Below the pieces are notes generated by a model, which searched no databases, was not told the DNA's origin, and saw nothing but the letters and a program-made list of their open reading frames with translations. This document shows positions 1-14,217 of a DNA stretch of 64,000 nucleotides, one piece after another (within the stretch, counting starts at the first letter, position 1; every line of letters begins with the position of its first letter). The translations under genes were made by a program, and so were the position numbers. The stretch is taken from assembly GCF_036321535.1 (NCBI RefSeq), contig NC_087438.1, forward strand, positions 7,752,001-7,816,000. Direction: 5' to 3'. Origin of the DNA: Camelus dromedarius. Lineage: Eukaryota.

Positions 1-730
1 TGTGTCGGGCTCTACCTTGAGAGGAATTGGAAGCTACTGAGGAATTTTAATCAGGAGACTGACATGGTTAGATCTGGATTTTTTAAGAGTGTGTTCTGAA
101 TGCTTAAGGGAAAAGAAACTGAGGCTGGTGAAGGAGGTTCCGTAAAACCAATCAGGCAGCAATTGCTCTAGGACTAGGGGCAGGTGATGGTGACAATGAA
201 GATGGGGGAGGAAACTGGATTTGAGAGATATTCAGACAATAGAATCCACAGGGCTTGGTGCTAAATGTAGTGAGATCAGGAAGAGGGAGGTATGAATTGG
301 GTAACTCCTGGATTTCTGGAAAGAACCACTGGGTGGACTAGGTGCTGTTTACTGAGATGGGCAACAATGGAGGGAGGATGGATTTGGGGAAGATACTGAG
401 AGCTACATGTTAGATGCGTGGGCTGTCAGAGCCTGTGAGCTATTTCAGTGGAGATGCTGCGTTGGTAGTTGTGTATGTATAAGCTTAGAGTTCAGGAGTG
501 AGGACCACACAGAGAAGTAAATGCAGATGCCAGTGGCCTTCAAATGTACTTAAAAGCCATAGGGCAGATGAGATCATCTCCACTAGAGGATATAGGGTGA
601 AAAGCAAAGTTGCGTCAGGGAAGACCAGGAGTCTGCAAAGAAGACTGAGATGGAGTCTTGCAAGGTCAGAGAAAACCCGGGGGAGAGCGGTAGCTGAGAA
701 GCCTGGAGGAGATCATGTAAGGGAGGAGGA
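1..730 (-). mobile_element. LINE-2 fragment, ancient and degenerate
   Basis: Antisense L2 ORF2 motifs such as 'agaatccacagggcttggtg' and 'ctcctggatttctgg...ggtgctgtttactgagatggg'. Confidence 0.75.
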
Positions 731-744
731 TTTGGCCAGGACTG

Positions 745-1075
745 CTAACTGGTCTCCCAAGTTCATTTCCTTTTCTTCCTGGACACACACCTAGACTATA
801 TGTCCCAACTTCCCTCGCAGTTTTGTACGGCCATGTGATAGAGATCCAGCCAATGGACCGGGAGGTAATGCACTTGTGCTGTTGCTGAGTATGTGGCAGG
901 TGGAATCACAGCAGAGGAAGGAGTCTGGGTTCCCTGGTGTCTCCGTGGAGAAGAGCTGACCTGCCTACATGAACACCTGACCATGATGGTTGCAGGAAAG
1001 TAAACTTCTACTGAGTTGGATCATTTGATGTTTAGGTCTCCCTGTTACAGCGGGGAGCCCTCCCTGACTAACACA
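745..1075 (+). mobile_element. MaLR LTR (MLT1I/J-like)
   Basis: 'tcccaacttccctcgcagtt...ggccatgtgatagagatccagccaatgg' and 3' end 'taaacttcta...tgttacagc...ctaacaca'. Confidence 0.65.
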
Positions 1076-1494
1076 GAGGATGGGAATGGCTGAACCCTGC
1101 AATCAGAAGCAATTTCAAAGGAGGTGTCAGGACAGACGCCACATCTGACTGCAGCATGAAATGGAAAGTAGTGCATGAAACTTGAACTTTCTAGAAACTT
1201 AACTGTGAAAGGCAGAGCACGTGAGGGCAGAAAGTGGTGAGGCGGAAGATGGAAGAGGATGACTGGTGGGGGACATTGCTTTTTTTTTTTCTGTAAGCTA
1301 GAAGCACAAAGAGAATGTGTATCTATCGGAAAAGAACGAACGACCAGTGGGAGAGGCTGAAACAAGAGGAAAACTGACACAGTTAGGTTCTCACTCAAAG
1401 AAAATGACTTAAGAAACCTGGATTATAAATAGAAAAAAATGTGTATTTTAGAATAGAACCAAATATAAGCATAAAATAAAATAATCAAGAAATA

Positions 1495-2456
1495 ACTGTT
1501 AAGCAAACAACCCAATCCAAAAATGAGCAGAAGGACCTAAACAAGACATTCTCCAGTGAAGACATATACTTGGCCAATAAGCACATGAAAACATGCTCAA
1601 TATTGGTAATGATCAGAGAAATGCAAATCAAAACTACAGTGAGGTATCACTTCACACCAGTCAGAATGGCCATCATTCAATGGTCCACAAATGATAAGTG
1701 CTAGAGAGGGTGTGGAGAAAAGGGAACCCTCCTACACTGCTGGTGGGAATGTAGTTTGGTGCAGCCACTGTGGAAAACAGTATGGAGATTCCTCAAAAGT
1801 AAGAACAGACTTACCATATGATCCAGCAATCCCACTCCTGGGCATATGTCCAGAGGGAACCTTAATTCAAAAAGACACCTGCACCCCAATGTTCATAGCA
1901 GCACTATTTACAACAGCCAAGACATGGAAACAACCTAAATGTCTATTGACAGATGACTGGATAAAGATGTGGTATATTTATACAATGGAATACTACTCAG
2001 CCATAAAAAAATTAAAAGATAATGCCATTTGCAGCACCATGGATGGACCTGGAGATGACTATACTAAGTAAGTCAGACAGAGAAAGACAAATATCATGAT
2101 TATCACTTATATGTGGAATCTAAAAAAGAAGATAAATCAACTTATTGACAAAATAGAAATAGACTCACAGACATAGAAAACAAAGATGGTTACCAAAGGG
2201 GAAAGGGGCAGAGGAGGGATAAGTTAAAGGTATGGGATTAACAGATACACACTATTATATATAAAATAGATAAACAAGGACCTACTGTACAGCACAGGGA
2301 ACTATATTTAATATCATGTAATAACCTATAATAGAAAAGAATCTGAAAAAGAATATATATATATATATATACACATACATATATATAACTGAATCACTTT
2401 GCTGTACACTTGAAACTAACACAACATTGTAAATCAATTATACTTAAAACAAAAAA
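1495..2456 (+). mobile_element. 5'-truncated L1 (ORF2 C-terminus and 3'UTR, artiodactyl type)
   Basis: ORF 1691-2071 matches the L1 ORF2 C-terminus ([11 protein letters not shown]...[19 protein letters not shown]...MEYYSAIK). 3'UTR 'cagcacagggaactata...gaatcactttgctgtacac', then an A-rich tail. Confidence 0.95.
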
Positions 2457-5400
2457 GTTTTCTTAGTTTCTGATTCAATCCTTTTTCCCTGCCGTTTGTC
2501 TCTGGGGTATTTTTGGAGGTTTTGATTTAAAATGCTATGGGTGAAGCCTCGTGGGAGAGTAACGCTTCAGCTGCATGCTGCTCAGCAGGATTTTCCCCCA
2601 ACTTGGAGATCCAGCTCAACAACAGCTATAACTTAGTCACTTCTTGTTTAGCAACTGCCATGTGCATCGATTTCCACTTTTGTACAATTGATTTTTGCTT
2701 CTGTTCTCATTTGTGTCTTTGTTTTTGGACAGATATCACATGATGAGTGCCTGAGAGTCGTCTTGGAGAGGTCGAGACCTCATAAAGGAAGAGCTGATTT
2801 GTCGATACTAAAATCAACGTGCAAACACCCAGATTTATGGAGGAGACAGTATCATAGCTGAGTTTAACCTCAGCCTTTTTGTTTCCTACCCCAGCTTGAC
2901 ATCCACTGATTTAGAAAAGAAAGAACTCAAGTTGCTACAATTCTAAGTCTCGAGGGCACTGGACTTGGGTTTTTTAAGAGTTTGGCCCAAAGTCTGCACA
3001 TCCTTCCAGTCATCTCTTGGCGAAGAATTTTCTGGCACAGCAGAACAATGAATTCATTCCTGGTAAGCAATCTCCTTGATAAAACAACAGCTCTCCATTC
3101 AGTCACTTAATTTATTTCTACAGAGGATTTACTGCTTTTCCATCACCCTCTTAGATACTTGCCAAGTAAAGTAATCTATTAATTCTCAAAATGGCAACAT
3201 GCTAAAGCAAGTATTAAAATACTTCTTGCCCTTCTTGCTGCAAAGCTTAAAGATCAAGATTTTGAACTTTGACCCTGTTATATGTTTGTTTCCTCAACAA
3301 TATTTCAGAATACTGTTCTAGTTCTCACTGTGGTCCAGTGTTGATTTTTCAAGTGTCCAGCAGGTGAGTGAGCAGGACTTCAGGTCAAGGGGTCAGGACT
3401 ACTGGCTCCTCTCCTCCAGGACAGAGCCAGTCTCCCGGACACAGTAAAAGACAGCACGAGGGCTGTGTCCATCCTCTTACCCACTGTGGATTGGACATTT
3501 GAGGAAATCTGCAGGCATCTCTTACCTATCCATAATTACTTATTGATTTCTTGTTTCGTGAGTGTGATGCTGGCCAGAGACGATGCAATGACTACAATGG
3601 CCATCAGAGAAGAGAGTCCTGCGGGATTCAGGCCATGAAGGGCAGGGCTCCGCCCCCAGCAACGCTCATTACTCACTGGCTGAATGGTCCCGCAGCCTGA
3701 GAGTCTGTCTTCCCGACAGTAAAAGGAAGGACATTTAAAGATTAGTTTTATGTTTTGCTTCTCGAATCCACATGGCAATAGTGAATACAACAGCTCTATC
3801 CAGGGAAACATGACCTTCCCCAGGTTCAAGCCCACGGGCTTTGACATTCTTTGAGGCACAAGCTCACTGTGGCAGATCTGGGTGTTTCACGCAGGGGGTG
3901 GCACTGCGGGAGCACAACTGCAGACACGGGGCCATGAACGTTAGTCGGGGAGAATGAGTCCAGTTTCTAACCCTGGTGATTGTCAACGGCTTGATTCTGA
4001 CATTTGATGTGTCTTTGGTTTAATCGCTGCATTTATGAACGGAGGCTTTTCATTCACACACACAGTGGCTGAGTAGATGTGTTGTCTCTGAAGCCCTTTG
4101 AAATACTTAAAGCAAAGCGAGGCGCCTCAGTTTTATAAGCTAAACACTGGAAACATTGTCTCCTCCTGAAACAATGTCGGAACTGCCTGTCCCTTTCCAG
4201 GGTAACCTGACAGGGGTCTCTTCTCCAGCCCGTGGAGAAGCCAAGGAGCAGAAGGACGGAGGTGGCGTCCCCTCAGTTACCATCACCTTCTCCCAGTACC
4301 CAGTGCTCAGAGGCACCCACCGTGACACCCTGAGGCTTCCTGCTACTTCTCCCACTCCATCTCAGGATGTGTCTGTGCCTCGGAGGACGGAGCAGATTCC
4401 TTGTGCCTGATGCTCCACCATGTCCTGTAGAGCCATCACCCTGAGAAGGGTTTCCTCAGTGTCACACAGGATGGCCTGGGATGACTCCAGGTTGCTTTTG
4501 TGGCTTTTCTCAGAACCTTCAAGAGTGGCCTGGAGTTCCTAAGGGCCAGGGCAGAGGGGCCTCACCTGCTAAGCCATTGAGACCCAGAGACTAGCACTTG
4601 TCCAAAGGTGTAGGTGGGAGCTGGGGAAGGACCAAAAGCTGCTGTCCTGAGCTGGCATGTTCCCTGGGAGCCTCGGAATGTGTCCTATGTAAGGCAGATG
4701 TCATGGGAGTTGGCAGGGGACCTCCCAGCTGGCACCTTGATCGAGGGGCCAACCATGGCCATGTAGGAATTAATCACCAGCCAGAGCAACGTTCAGACAC
4801 ACTGGTTGTCATTCTTTAGTAAGAAGTTATTTTTCCCCAATGTGAGAGCAAACATGAAGATCTTATTTGCGTTTCTAATAATTAAACATTAACGTAGAAT
4901 TATTTAACTAGAATTGAAGGAAGATTTTGATTCAAAGCCTAAGAATCATGTGCTAAATCTTGTTCCAACAAGCCGGAGTGATAAACACGCTCACGCTGTA
5001 AGTCACTGCTCTGCAAATAACGTGAAAGCCAAACAGCCACGCAAATTTTAACACCAAAGCCCGTTACGGAATTTGTGTTTAGGAAGCTCCACTTGAAGTG
5101 ATCTTGGAACTAAGGTCTCATGAAGACCAGCAGTGATCTGCGCTGGCTGGGACTGAGATCCACTTCAATTTGCCTTGCCATTAAGCTGCATTGAAAGCCC
5201 TCATAGAAACTGGTAGCCACGAGGGGAATTTAGAAGTTTGCCAAGCAGAGAAATCAAAGGAACTACGAACTGTAATTTTTAAAAATGTTAAACCATCTCC
5301 ATTATTTTTGCCAGAGATACAGATATGCTTTATTTAACTGATTTCATTGACTTCATTTCTCTTTCTTGCACGTCATCACCCAGTCTCTTTCGGGGAGCAT

Positions 5401-5779
5401 TTGTTCATTTTGCACAATATACACTTACGGTTTCCCCTCACTCAGAATCCTGTTCATTAGAAGTCCTTATTCATTGTGCTAGAGTTGGAGGCAAGTCTCA
5501 TTGCAATCTCTAGGGAGAAGTGACATGGAATGTAAGTCTGTTATACAAATCTTCTCCCAGTTAATATCTGAACCAAAAAAGAAAAAGTTTTCTATATGAG
5601 TAAAAATAATCTTATCTAGTTATTAAATATTACAGCACCACTATGCTGCAAAAAGTTTAGCTGTTGGTTCAAGCTATTTATGATACTTAAAAGCCATTCT
5701 TTGAAAATTTGAATTTGAAATTTTTACTCATCTAAACCAAACTGCCCTACAATTATTTCTAATTCATAAGGAATGACCT

Positions 5780-6750
5780 TGATTCAGACCTGGGAAGGAG
5801 GTCAGAAAGGAGAATTTCAGGGGAGGTGATATTAATAAAATGTTCAGGGAGGCAGGTGGGTGGAGGGTGGGGTGGTGGTGGAGTACGGATGTGTGGAAAG
5901 GCTTCAAGGGGTGGAAGGGAGGGAGGGAGGGAAGAAAGGCAAGCAGGGAATACAGAAGTTAGGTACAGATGGTGGCTGAGTGCAGGCAGAGACGGATGAA
6001 ACAGCAAGGCTGAGGCTGCTTCTGAAAGGTCTCATGGGCTGTGCTAAGACGTTTGGGTTCCTTCTGGAGGGCAACACGAGTCATTGAGAGGTGTAGCTCC
6101 AAGGAATCATTTAATCAGATTTGCTTTTTAGAAAGCTCACCCTGGCTGCCCTTTGGCAAAAGGACAGGAGAGGAGGAAGCCCGCAGGTACAGGGCCCAGT
6201 TAGGGTCTGTGGCAAAATCCAGAAGATGGAGGCAGCTGCTCAAGGCCGTGACCATGGAAAGAAGTGGAGGGAGGCAGGAGTCTGGGGTTTTCTGGTGAGT
6301 TGGATGCCGATAATATGAAGGAGAGGAAAGAGCTGGGGGTGGTCCCTGGGGACTGGCTTGGGTGACAGGCAGAGGGCTGTGCTGGTCACTGATCAGAGAG
6401 TGCAGGAGGAGGAGCCAAATCCAGGAAAAGTGGGCCCACGTGAGGTGCTATGGGCATCTGAGTTGGTTACCTAACTAGTGGCTAGATAATGAAGAGAGGT
6501 TGGGGCTAGAGAGAGAGATTCGGGCGACCACCACGTGTGGCTGGTAACTGCACCCAGGGAAGAGTTACAGACACCCCGGAAGAGGCGGTGTGTGAGATGA
6601 GAAAGATCTGGACACGGGACCTTGTGGGACAGCAACATTTAGGGAGCGAACAGGAAGACCAGCCCACAAAGGATAGAGAAGGAGCAACCAGAGACCCTGA
6701 GGTGACCCAGGGGATGTGATGTCACGGGAACCAGGAGAAGACTAATTTTG
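5780..6750 (-). mobile_element. LINE-2 fragment
   Basis: Purine-rich antisense L2 motifs such as 'tttagaaagctcaccctggctgcc' and 'gactggcttgggtgacagg...gtcactga'. Confidence 0.65.
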
Positions 6751-7809
6751 TGAGAGATGCTGTCTTACCACAACATTTTCAGATTATAAACATACATGAT
6801 ACACAACAGGCTTCTTATTGGAGGAACATGACGTATTTACTAAGCCATAGCCTGACCTCACATCTTCTTATTCCATCGCTAGACTTCTCCATGATCCTCA
6901 ACCCAGTGAGCATGTCTTCTGCATCCTCGACCTATCACATACACAAATTCTGCACCAAAATGGAATAAAAGCATTCAGACCACTTCTAAAACCATGACGG
7001 CTTTCATTGTCACTAACGGCCTTCCTACAAAGCCCTATGTTCGTAGTTTGGTTTACCCAAAACCTGCCCTGCAAAAGTGTTCTCTCCAGGGCTCTGTACA
7101 CATTGCTGATGGTGCTGACAGGCACAGATGCTTAGCAGAAAGACTGGGGGAAGGGGGCACTAGATTAGGTATCAAGCAGCTGGAAGATGACAGGGTGGAG
7201 AAACCAAGAAGAAAGGGAACTGTGAAAATGTAGGTGGAGGTGGACAACGATGATAATGATAACAAAGTGGAAACTTAGGATCCAGATGTCCTGCTGCCTG
7301 TGGACAGGGTGGCAAGGAGCACTTGTAGCCAAACAGCATGAAAACTGCTCTAGAATTAACAGCAGTAACTCCCATTGGTATATGAGTCTCCGGTTGACAA
7401 AGCTCTTGGATGACTGATGACCCATTCGAGATCAAGAGCAACCCAGTGAGGCAGGTGTACGGCGTTGACCTCACTGGTGAGGAAACCAAGGGGTGGGGTG
7501 GGACTGATGGAGAGATGCCCGCAGTCTCCATGAGAAGATGTGGAAGTTCTCTGATGCAAGGGCTGAGGAAAGTTGCAGACTCTGCTACACAGAGCAGAAG
7601 GAAGGCATCACGAAGACCCACTGCAGACCACTGAGGAGGTGACTCGCTTTTCTGGAGACTCTATGTCAGGAACCTGCTCATCTGGTTCAGACATCTGGAC
7701 ACAAAACGACCCCAGCGGATCTCTGAGCTCTGCCTGTGAGGCCTGGGGAATCAAAGATCTGCCCCTGTCCCTCCAAGGACTGGGCCCCAGGGCTGCCAAA
7801 GTCAACTGC

Positions 7810-7925
7810 TACACCCAGGGGCAGAGAGGCTCAAGTGACTTGTCCAAGGTCATGCTGCTGGTAAGTGGCAGGGCTGTGCCTTCACCCTCTGGCCGTTTGA
7901 GTCTAAGTCAGATGCTCTTTGTGCG
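7810..7925 (-). mobile_element. MIR SINE fragment
   Basis: 'agagaggctcaagtgacttgtccaaggtcatgctgctggtaagtggcagggctg' is the antisense MIR core. Confidence 0.8.
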
Positions 7926-8259
7926 TCACCAAATAGGATGATGAGCGACGCGGGAACTCATCTGCTCCCATGCTCCATGATTTAAGTTGAGTGCCCAGGC
8001 CCAGGGACGTTCAGCCTCACCCTCCTTCTTCTCCTTCAAATAAACTTGGAAGACTATATTCATTTTGGGGTGCTACATTACTGGAGAGAGGTTGACAAAT
8101 TTGCACGCATGTGGAAAAATATGACAGCAATGGTGAAGGTGGTGGAAATGTTAATATTACAACTGAGCTTGAGTTATAATAATAATAAATGTTGCTGTGC
8201 CCACAGCTGAGGAGGGATGACCTTGTGGAGACATGCTAGCTGACTTCGAAAACAGCAAG

Positions 8260-8450
8260 GCTGTCACAGAGAAGAGAAATTAGACATCTCAGAATGGGGC
8301 TGGAGGGCCGAAGTTGCAGATAAGGAGCTCTTTGTTTAATGTAAGTAAGAAGGTCTGACAAGTCACAGCCACCCTACAGTGCAATGATGTGCCCCATGAG
8401 GGAGTGACTGCAATGACAGTTAAGATATTTGAACCGAAGGAAATGACTAC
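8260..8450 (+). mobile_element. L3/CR1 3' fragment
   Basis: 'gtaagtaagaagg...cagtgcaatgatgtgccccatgagggagtgact...agatatttgaaccgaagg' resembles the CR1/L3 3' end. Confidence 0.45.
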
Positions 8451-11400
8451 CGGAGCTGGTATCACCTTTCTTCTTTCAGTAAGACAACTTCCTTCCTCCT
8501 GTCACACATTTTAGCAGGGATCGTGGCTACCCACTTTTCCTATCCTCCCTCGCAGCTGGGTAGCTGAGTGTGGCATATGCCTGAGTTCTTGGTCCTGGGA
8601 AGGGGAACAGGACTTTGGTACCTTTTGCATCACTTGCTTCAAAAAACATCACTTGCCCTCACTTTTCCTCTCTCTCTTCTTCTGGGCTGGTGTGACAGAG
8701 GAAGAGCCAGGGAGCTTTGTCCACACAGGCAAGGACAACACTGTAGCACAAGGCAGAGCAACAAGACGTGCCCCAGGGTCACCTGCTGACCCTGGACCAC
8801 AAGCCTAACCAGGTACGGTTCCACGAGGGAAAGAGATACTGGTTTAGCTTGAGCCTCCATAGTTTTGAGTCTCCCTGTTAGAGTGGTTTAGCCGGTGTCC
8901 CAACCAAAATAACTCTCTCTTGGAGATGAACGTATGACTCAGGTATTATATAAGTGTTTGTGAGCAATGATTTCTGTAATCTTATAATTCTGCATCCCCC
9001 CAACAAACTTGTCTCCTGCCTTCCAAAACCAGTTGTCCCGACAGTCCCTACCATAGTCAAACATCATCACTCCATTGTGTCCGTGACCTCATTTTTATAA
9101 AGTACCAAGGTTCAAAAAAGTCAAGAATTGTTGTCTCCTACTTTCATTTATCCCTTTATCAAGTTTGTTCCCAAGGCTCATCTTCTTTTCCTTTAAAGAA
9201 AACATCCTCTGCAAAAATACAGATGATAAAGAAACTTTAAAGTTCTCTTTGTGGTTATTTAAACTTAAAGATTGGTTAAAAAAAAAAAAGTGATGCATTA
9301 TTTAGCCTGCGTGAGATAACATTCTTCTGCAATTGTTTATTTTCCCTTAGGGGAGAAAAATCAGAAGCCAGGCCTTACTGAAGTTGAAGGTTTGGATAAC
9401 ACAAACGTGTTTTGGCTCAAAATGCATCAGGAATCCAACATAATTTTGTTATTTGGTCCACACACCCAGCCAGAAGAATATTCTGGTGTATTAAGTGCAT
9501 CTCTCTCTAAGTATAATAAAGTAGTCGAATTGATGAAATGTGATTCTTGCCTCTGCGCTTGGGTCCTAGGAGGAAATAAGCCAGTGACAGATGGACCTCT
9601 AATTCTGTCCCATAGATAGAGATGCCATTTTTATTTCAATTTCCATCTCTCTAGCTCGTGTTTTTCCTCTTATTTATAATGCCCTTTCCTCTCACCTCCT
9701 AATTCATGCAAACTCTGTAGATTCTTCAAGATTTTGCTCTATAATTTTCCTTCTCTTAATTTATCCAGTAAATCTGTCGTATATGACTCTGAACCTCAGG
9801 TAGTTGCCAATAACTGGTCCATATTTCATTTTTATCCACAGTAGCTGCTCCATGTCTCATGTTTTCTTTGAAACCCTTCTTTTTCTAGGTGTTCAATACA
9901 CAGATTTGAAGCATGGATAATTAAAAGATAGAAATCTATTGCCCCACTGATGGGAAGCAATTCATAAGGATGAATGAATTTGGTTTTCCCACCAGAAGAC
10001 TTTTCAAAAAGAAAGGCTTTTGTGAATTTTGAGCTTTGCTATTAGCAGCACTTATACTGAGCATAAAGGTCCTCATTTCATTTCATAACTGCATAATTTG
10101 GAAATTACTCAGAACAGCTCTTCCTCAATTTTTTAAAATCAGGGGTCAACTAAAAACATCGCCCTTAGTTTCTCCAGCCCGTCTTTCTTGAATCTCCTCA
10201 CATGAAACACATTTTAAATCCTTGTTAGCTCTTGAGTTTTTAGCTCCATTAAATTTCTGTCAACACATTCTTTTTTTTTCATGGAAATAGACAATTACAC
10301 TTTCTGTACACCACTATCAACACAGAAAAAAAATGAAGATGGAAAACTACTATTCAACAAATAACTCGTAAAGTCTCTCAAAGCAGTTTCCCTTCAATGC
10401 ACAGACGTACGAGAAGGCGTATTTCAGCAAAGGAATGCTCCGCGTCCGAGGGAAAGTGGCGTTTATTTGAGGCCGTAATATTTCATCGGGCTTCTGGAGC
10501 CGCTGATTCAGAACGAACAGCTCCTTTCTAATTTATAGCATGTTTGTCATGTCTGGCTGCCTGTTTAGCTGAAGGAGCCCGTCCTGGGAGAGAATTCATT
10601 TGGCTCCTGGAGGAGTCCAAGGAGGGACTAAGTAGGGATGCTGGGATAGGCACTTCAAGCAAAACAGATTGGAACTCAAACCGTCTTAGATCAAGGGCTT
10701 ATTTTAACCTGCAAGATACTTAGGAAAGGATCTCACCCATCCACAGTACTCCTCTAACCCTTAGTTTTGCAGTTTTTCAGCTTACACATACTTCCCCCTA
10801 GGAATAGGAAAATCTCAAAAGGGAAATACGTGGGCTGAACTTTATAAGCTAAAGTGCAAAGTAATGAATGCTTAAGGGAAACAGGGAGGCTTGGGGAAAT
10901 CGAGAAACAGACTATAACGTAGTGGAATATTTACTGTTTCCCACTGGCTTAGAAAAAGACAATTGTTCCCTCTGGCGAGGTGGATCTCACCCCCTCGGAT
11001 GTGAGCCTCCTGCTGTGGCCCCACCTCCCCATCCCAAGACTGGCTGGCTGGAGATGAAGGCAGAATGACTTTAGCTCCCGCTCCTCCGAGCAGGCAGCCA
11101 GGGGCTGCAAGGAGGTGCTCTGGGCGGTTGTTGATGGAAGCCCTTTCTGAGGGGCTTTCTGAATCCCTACGGAGAGTGGTGCCTAAGCTGGTCTCTCTGC
11201 CCACCAGTGATGTTCTCTGCCCCTAGATGTTATCTTAGATCTCTCCTGGGATCACCCGTTGTGTAAACGACTCACAGTTGCTGATCTGGGAACAACAAAA
11301 GGACAACCTCTGAGAGACAATATTAAAGAACTCTCCCCTCCCATCCAAGAAAGAAAAGTTACACATCCTTTTTAGCAGCATTTAGAAATGAAGTGTAGAA

Positions 11401-11969
11401 TTAAAATTTCTAGATGTGACCTTTTTCTCTTAAGGTTTTACTTTTAAATCATTTTGGGGATGAAGTCTCCTTTGAAACATATGATGTAAATTCCTCCCTG
11501 CCTCGGGAGAGTCTACTGGACCAATGCCTGGCCTCTTGCTGTGATCCACGGCATCATTAGGGGCATCGGCCCTTCACCCTGGGCGGTAACTAAGTCAGGG
11601 TCTCGGGCTGGGGACACAGGTCAGGCCGTCGGGTCTCTCCCAGTGCTTCTGGGCTGTAATATCTCTCGACCTCCTGAGCTGCTTTTTATATTTATTTTGC
11701 GTCTCATGTCCACAATTACTTCAATTATTTATTGACTCTTGTTGATGCTTTTCTCGTGTGTGCAAAATCCCTCTGCTCATTAATTTCCAGTCTGTTATAC
11801 AACAGAGCTCAGAAGGACAGGCTGATTTTCTGTGGGGTGAGACTGTGATTACAGGTCTGTCCAATCTGGAAAGTTCACGGATCTGAGCTTATATACACGG
11901 GGTGCTTAGTGACCCTTTTCTTCTGCTTCTTCATTTGTTCTTTTATTTCAGTTGGGTTTCAATTACTCA

Positions 11970-12406
<437 letters not shown>

Positions 12407-13323
12407 AAAGACAAGACACGCAAGATGGTGAGTGGGACAGCTGGGCTTCAAATTGACCCTGACTTGTCAGGAAACAGCCAGTATAAAACAAATAAAAGCC
12501 TCTTGGCTTTTCTGGCTCTTTTCCTTTGTCCAGCCTGGACAGAGCAGGGGATGGTTGTAACCAGTCTCCAGCCTCATTCTCACACTCCCCACCCCCAGCC
12601 CCACGAGGGTGAGAGACAGGAATGCATTACAATTTGGCAAAGAATTTTCAAAGTGCAAACCCAAGAGCATGGCATTGAGTCAGAATGCAGATTTAGTGTT
12701 TGACTACAAAACAGAACAGAAAGAAGAGAAAAACAACCAATGACCAGGAAGGGCCAGATTTGGGGGTTTTGATGGCAGTGTTGTTTATTTAAGCTGTTCA
12801 CATCCTCAAATGAAGCACGGGAGTGTGTGCAGTGTTGGCTCCAGGGGCCTGAGGCATTGCAGGGAGCTGCTCTCCATGCCCAAGCACAAGAGATGGCCGG
12901 GAAGGCTGATATGCACACACACCGCACACGTGCCTCTCACATTCACACAGAGGAATGCGCATTGACGAGCATCTATAAATAAAACCCTTCAAACAATTAA
13001 AGTTCTGTACTCTGGGACATAGTGACAAACTAAAGAGTCACATAAACCTTTGGACTAGTGTTTATCTTTTTTTTTTTTTTCCTAGGCATGGCTTTGAAAT
13101 CCCCATGAAACTATAAGTAAGTATCTTTTAGTTGGTTAGTGCCAAGCTGCATCACAAAACAGACACCAGGTCAATAAATCTGTGCCAGTTTAATTCGATC
13201 AAATTTTTGGAAGTCATTTTGACTCGTGGTGAGGGGAAATATTAACTATCTACAAAGCCTTTGTTTCAGTGTGCTGGTTCCAACTGCACAACTCCAGGGC
13301 CTGCTGGTGACTTTGGCCTATCT

Positions 13324-13540
13324 CAAGGGCTGGCACACTTTTTCTATAAAGGGTCAGATAATAAATACTCTTGGGTTTGTGGGCCATATGGCCTTGGTCA
13401 CAGCTACTCAACTCTGCCATTGCAGGACTGGAGGAGTCATAAATAATACATAAATGGATGGGTGGCTGTGTTTTCCATTCCAACGTTATTTCCAAGAATG
13501 GGTGGAATCTGGCCTGTGGGTTGCAGTTTGCTGACTCCTG
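13324..13540. mobile_element. MER58A-like hAT DNA transposon (MITE)
   Basis: Imperfect terminal inverted repeats caagggctggcacact / agtttgctgactcctg, and internal 'aaagggtcagataataaata...cagctactcaactctgccattg'. Confidence 0.85.
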
Positions 13541-14217
13541 GTCTATGTGGTGACTCGGGGCAGGACATAACCATTCATGAGGACTCCAATGTGAAGTCCA
13601 CCTCTGAAACTGACCCACGGTGCAGTGACTCATAGATTCCTTGAACAGAATATCGGAACTGAGGTCAAAAATGTTTTTGACATAAAATGGTCTTTGAAAT
13701 GGAAAGTGAGCAGATGGTTAGATGGGATCAGGCTGACATTGGATTTGAGATCCAGAGTAAATGGATATGTGAGAACATGAATTTTGTAATGAAATTATGG
13801 GATGCTACTACATAGTCAATGAAATGACTGCTAATTTCCTGGGTCTTCACATTTGCAATGTAGATCAACTACATTTAAGGTTTCTTCATCCATTTACTTA
13901 CTGGAAACAGTAACAGTCAGTATTATTATTGCTGACTTGGAATTCAATTTGGGCTGTGTTTGAAAACCTGTTAGTTGTATCACATACTTTTAAAAGAAAA
14001 AAATTAAGCATTCTTGTAAATTTCAAAAACTTTTTTCTCTATGAGAGACAAGCTATATTCAAGTAACATACAAATTCTCTTTTACTAAAATGTCGGTTGC
14101 TACATGATTTCACATTTATGCTGGTATCATGGTCGAAATGTAATATTAAATTCTTTTGACTTAGAGACAGAGAATTTTAGGTCATTTCATGGATACAGAT
14201 AGAGGCAAACTTTATCC

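Noticed and set aside
2735..2805. C/D box snoRNA (ATGATGA...CTGA)
   Set aside because: It is antisense to the host gene, has a negligible terminal stem and no recognisable guide; such motifs are expected by chance.
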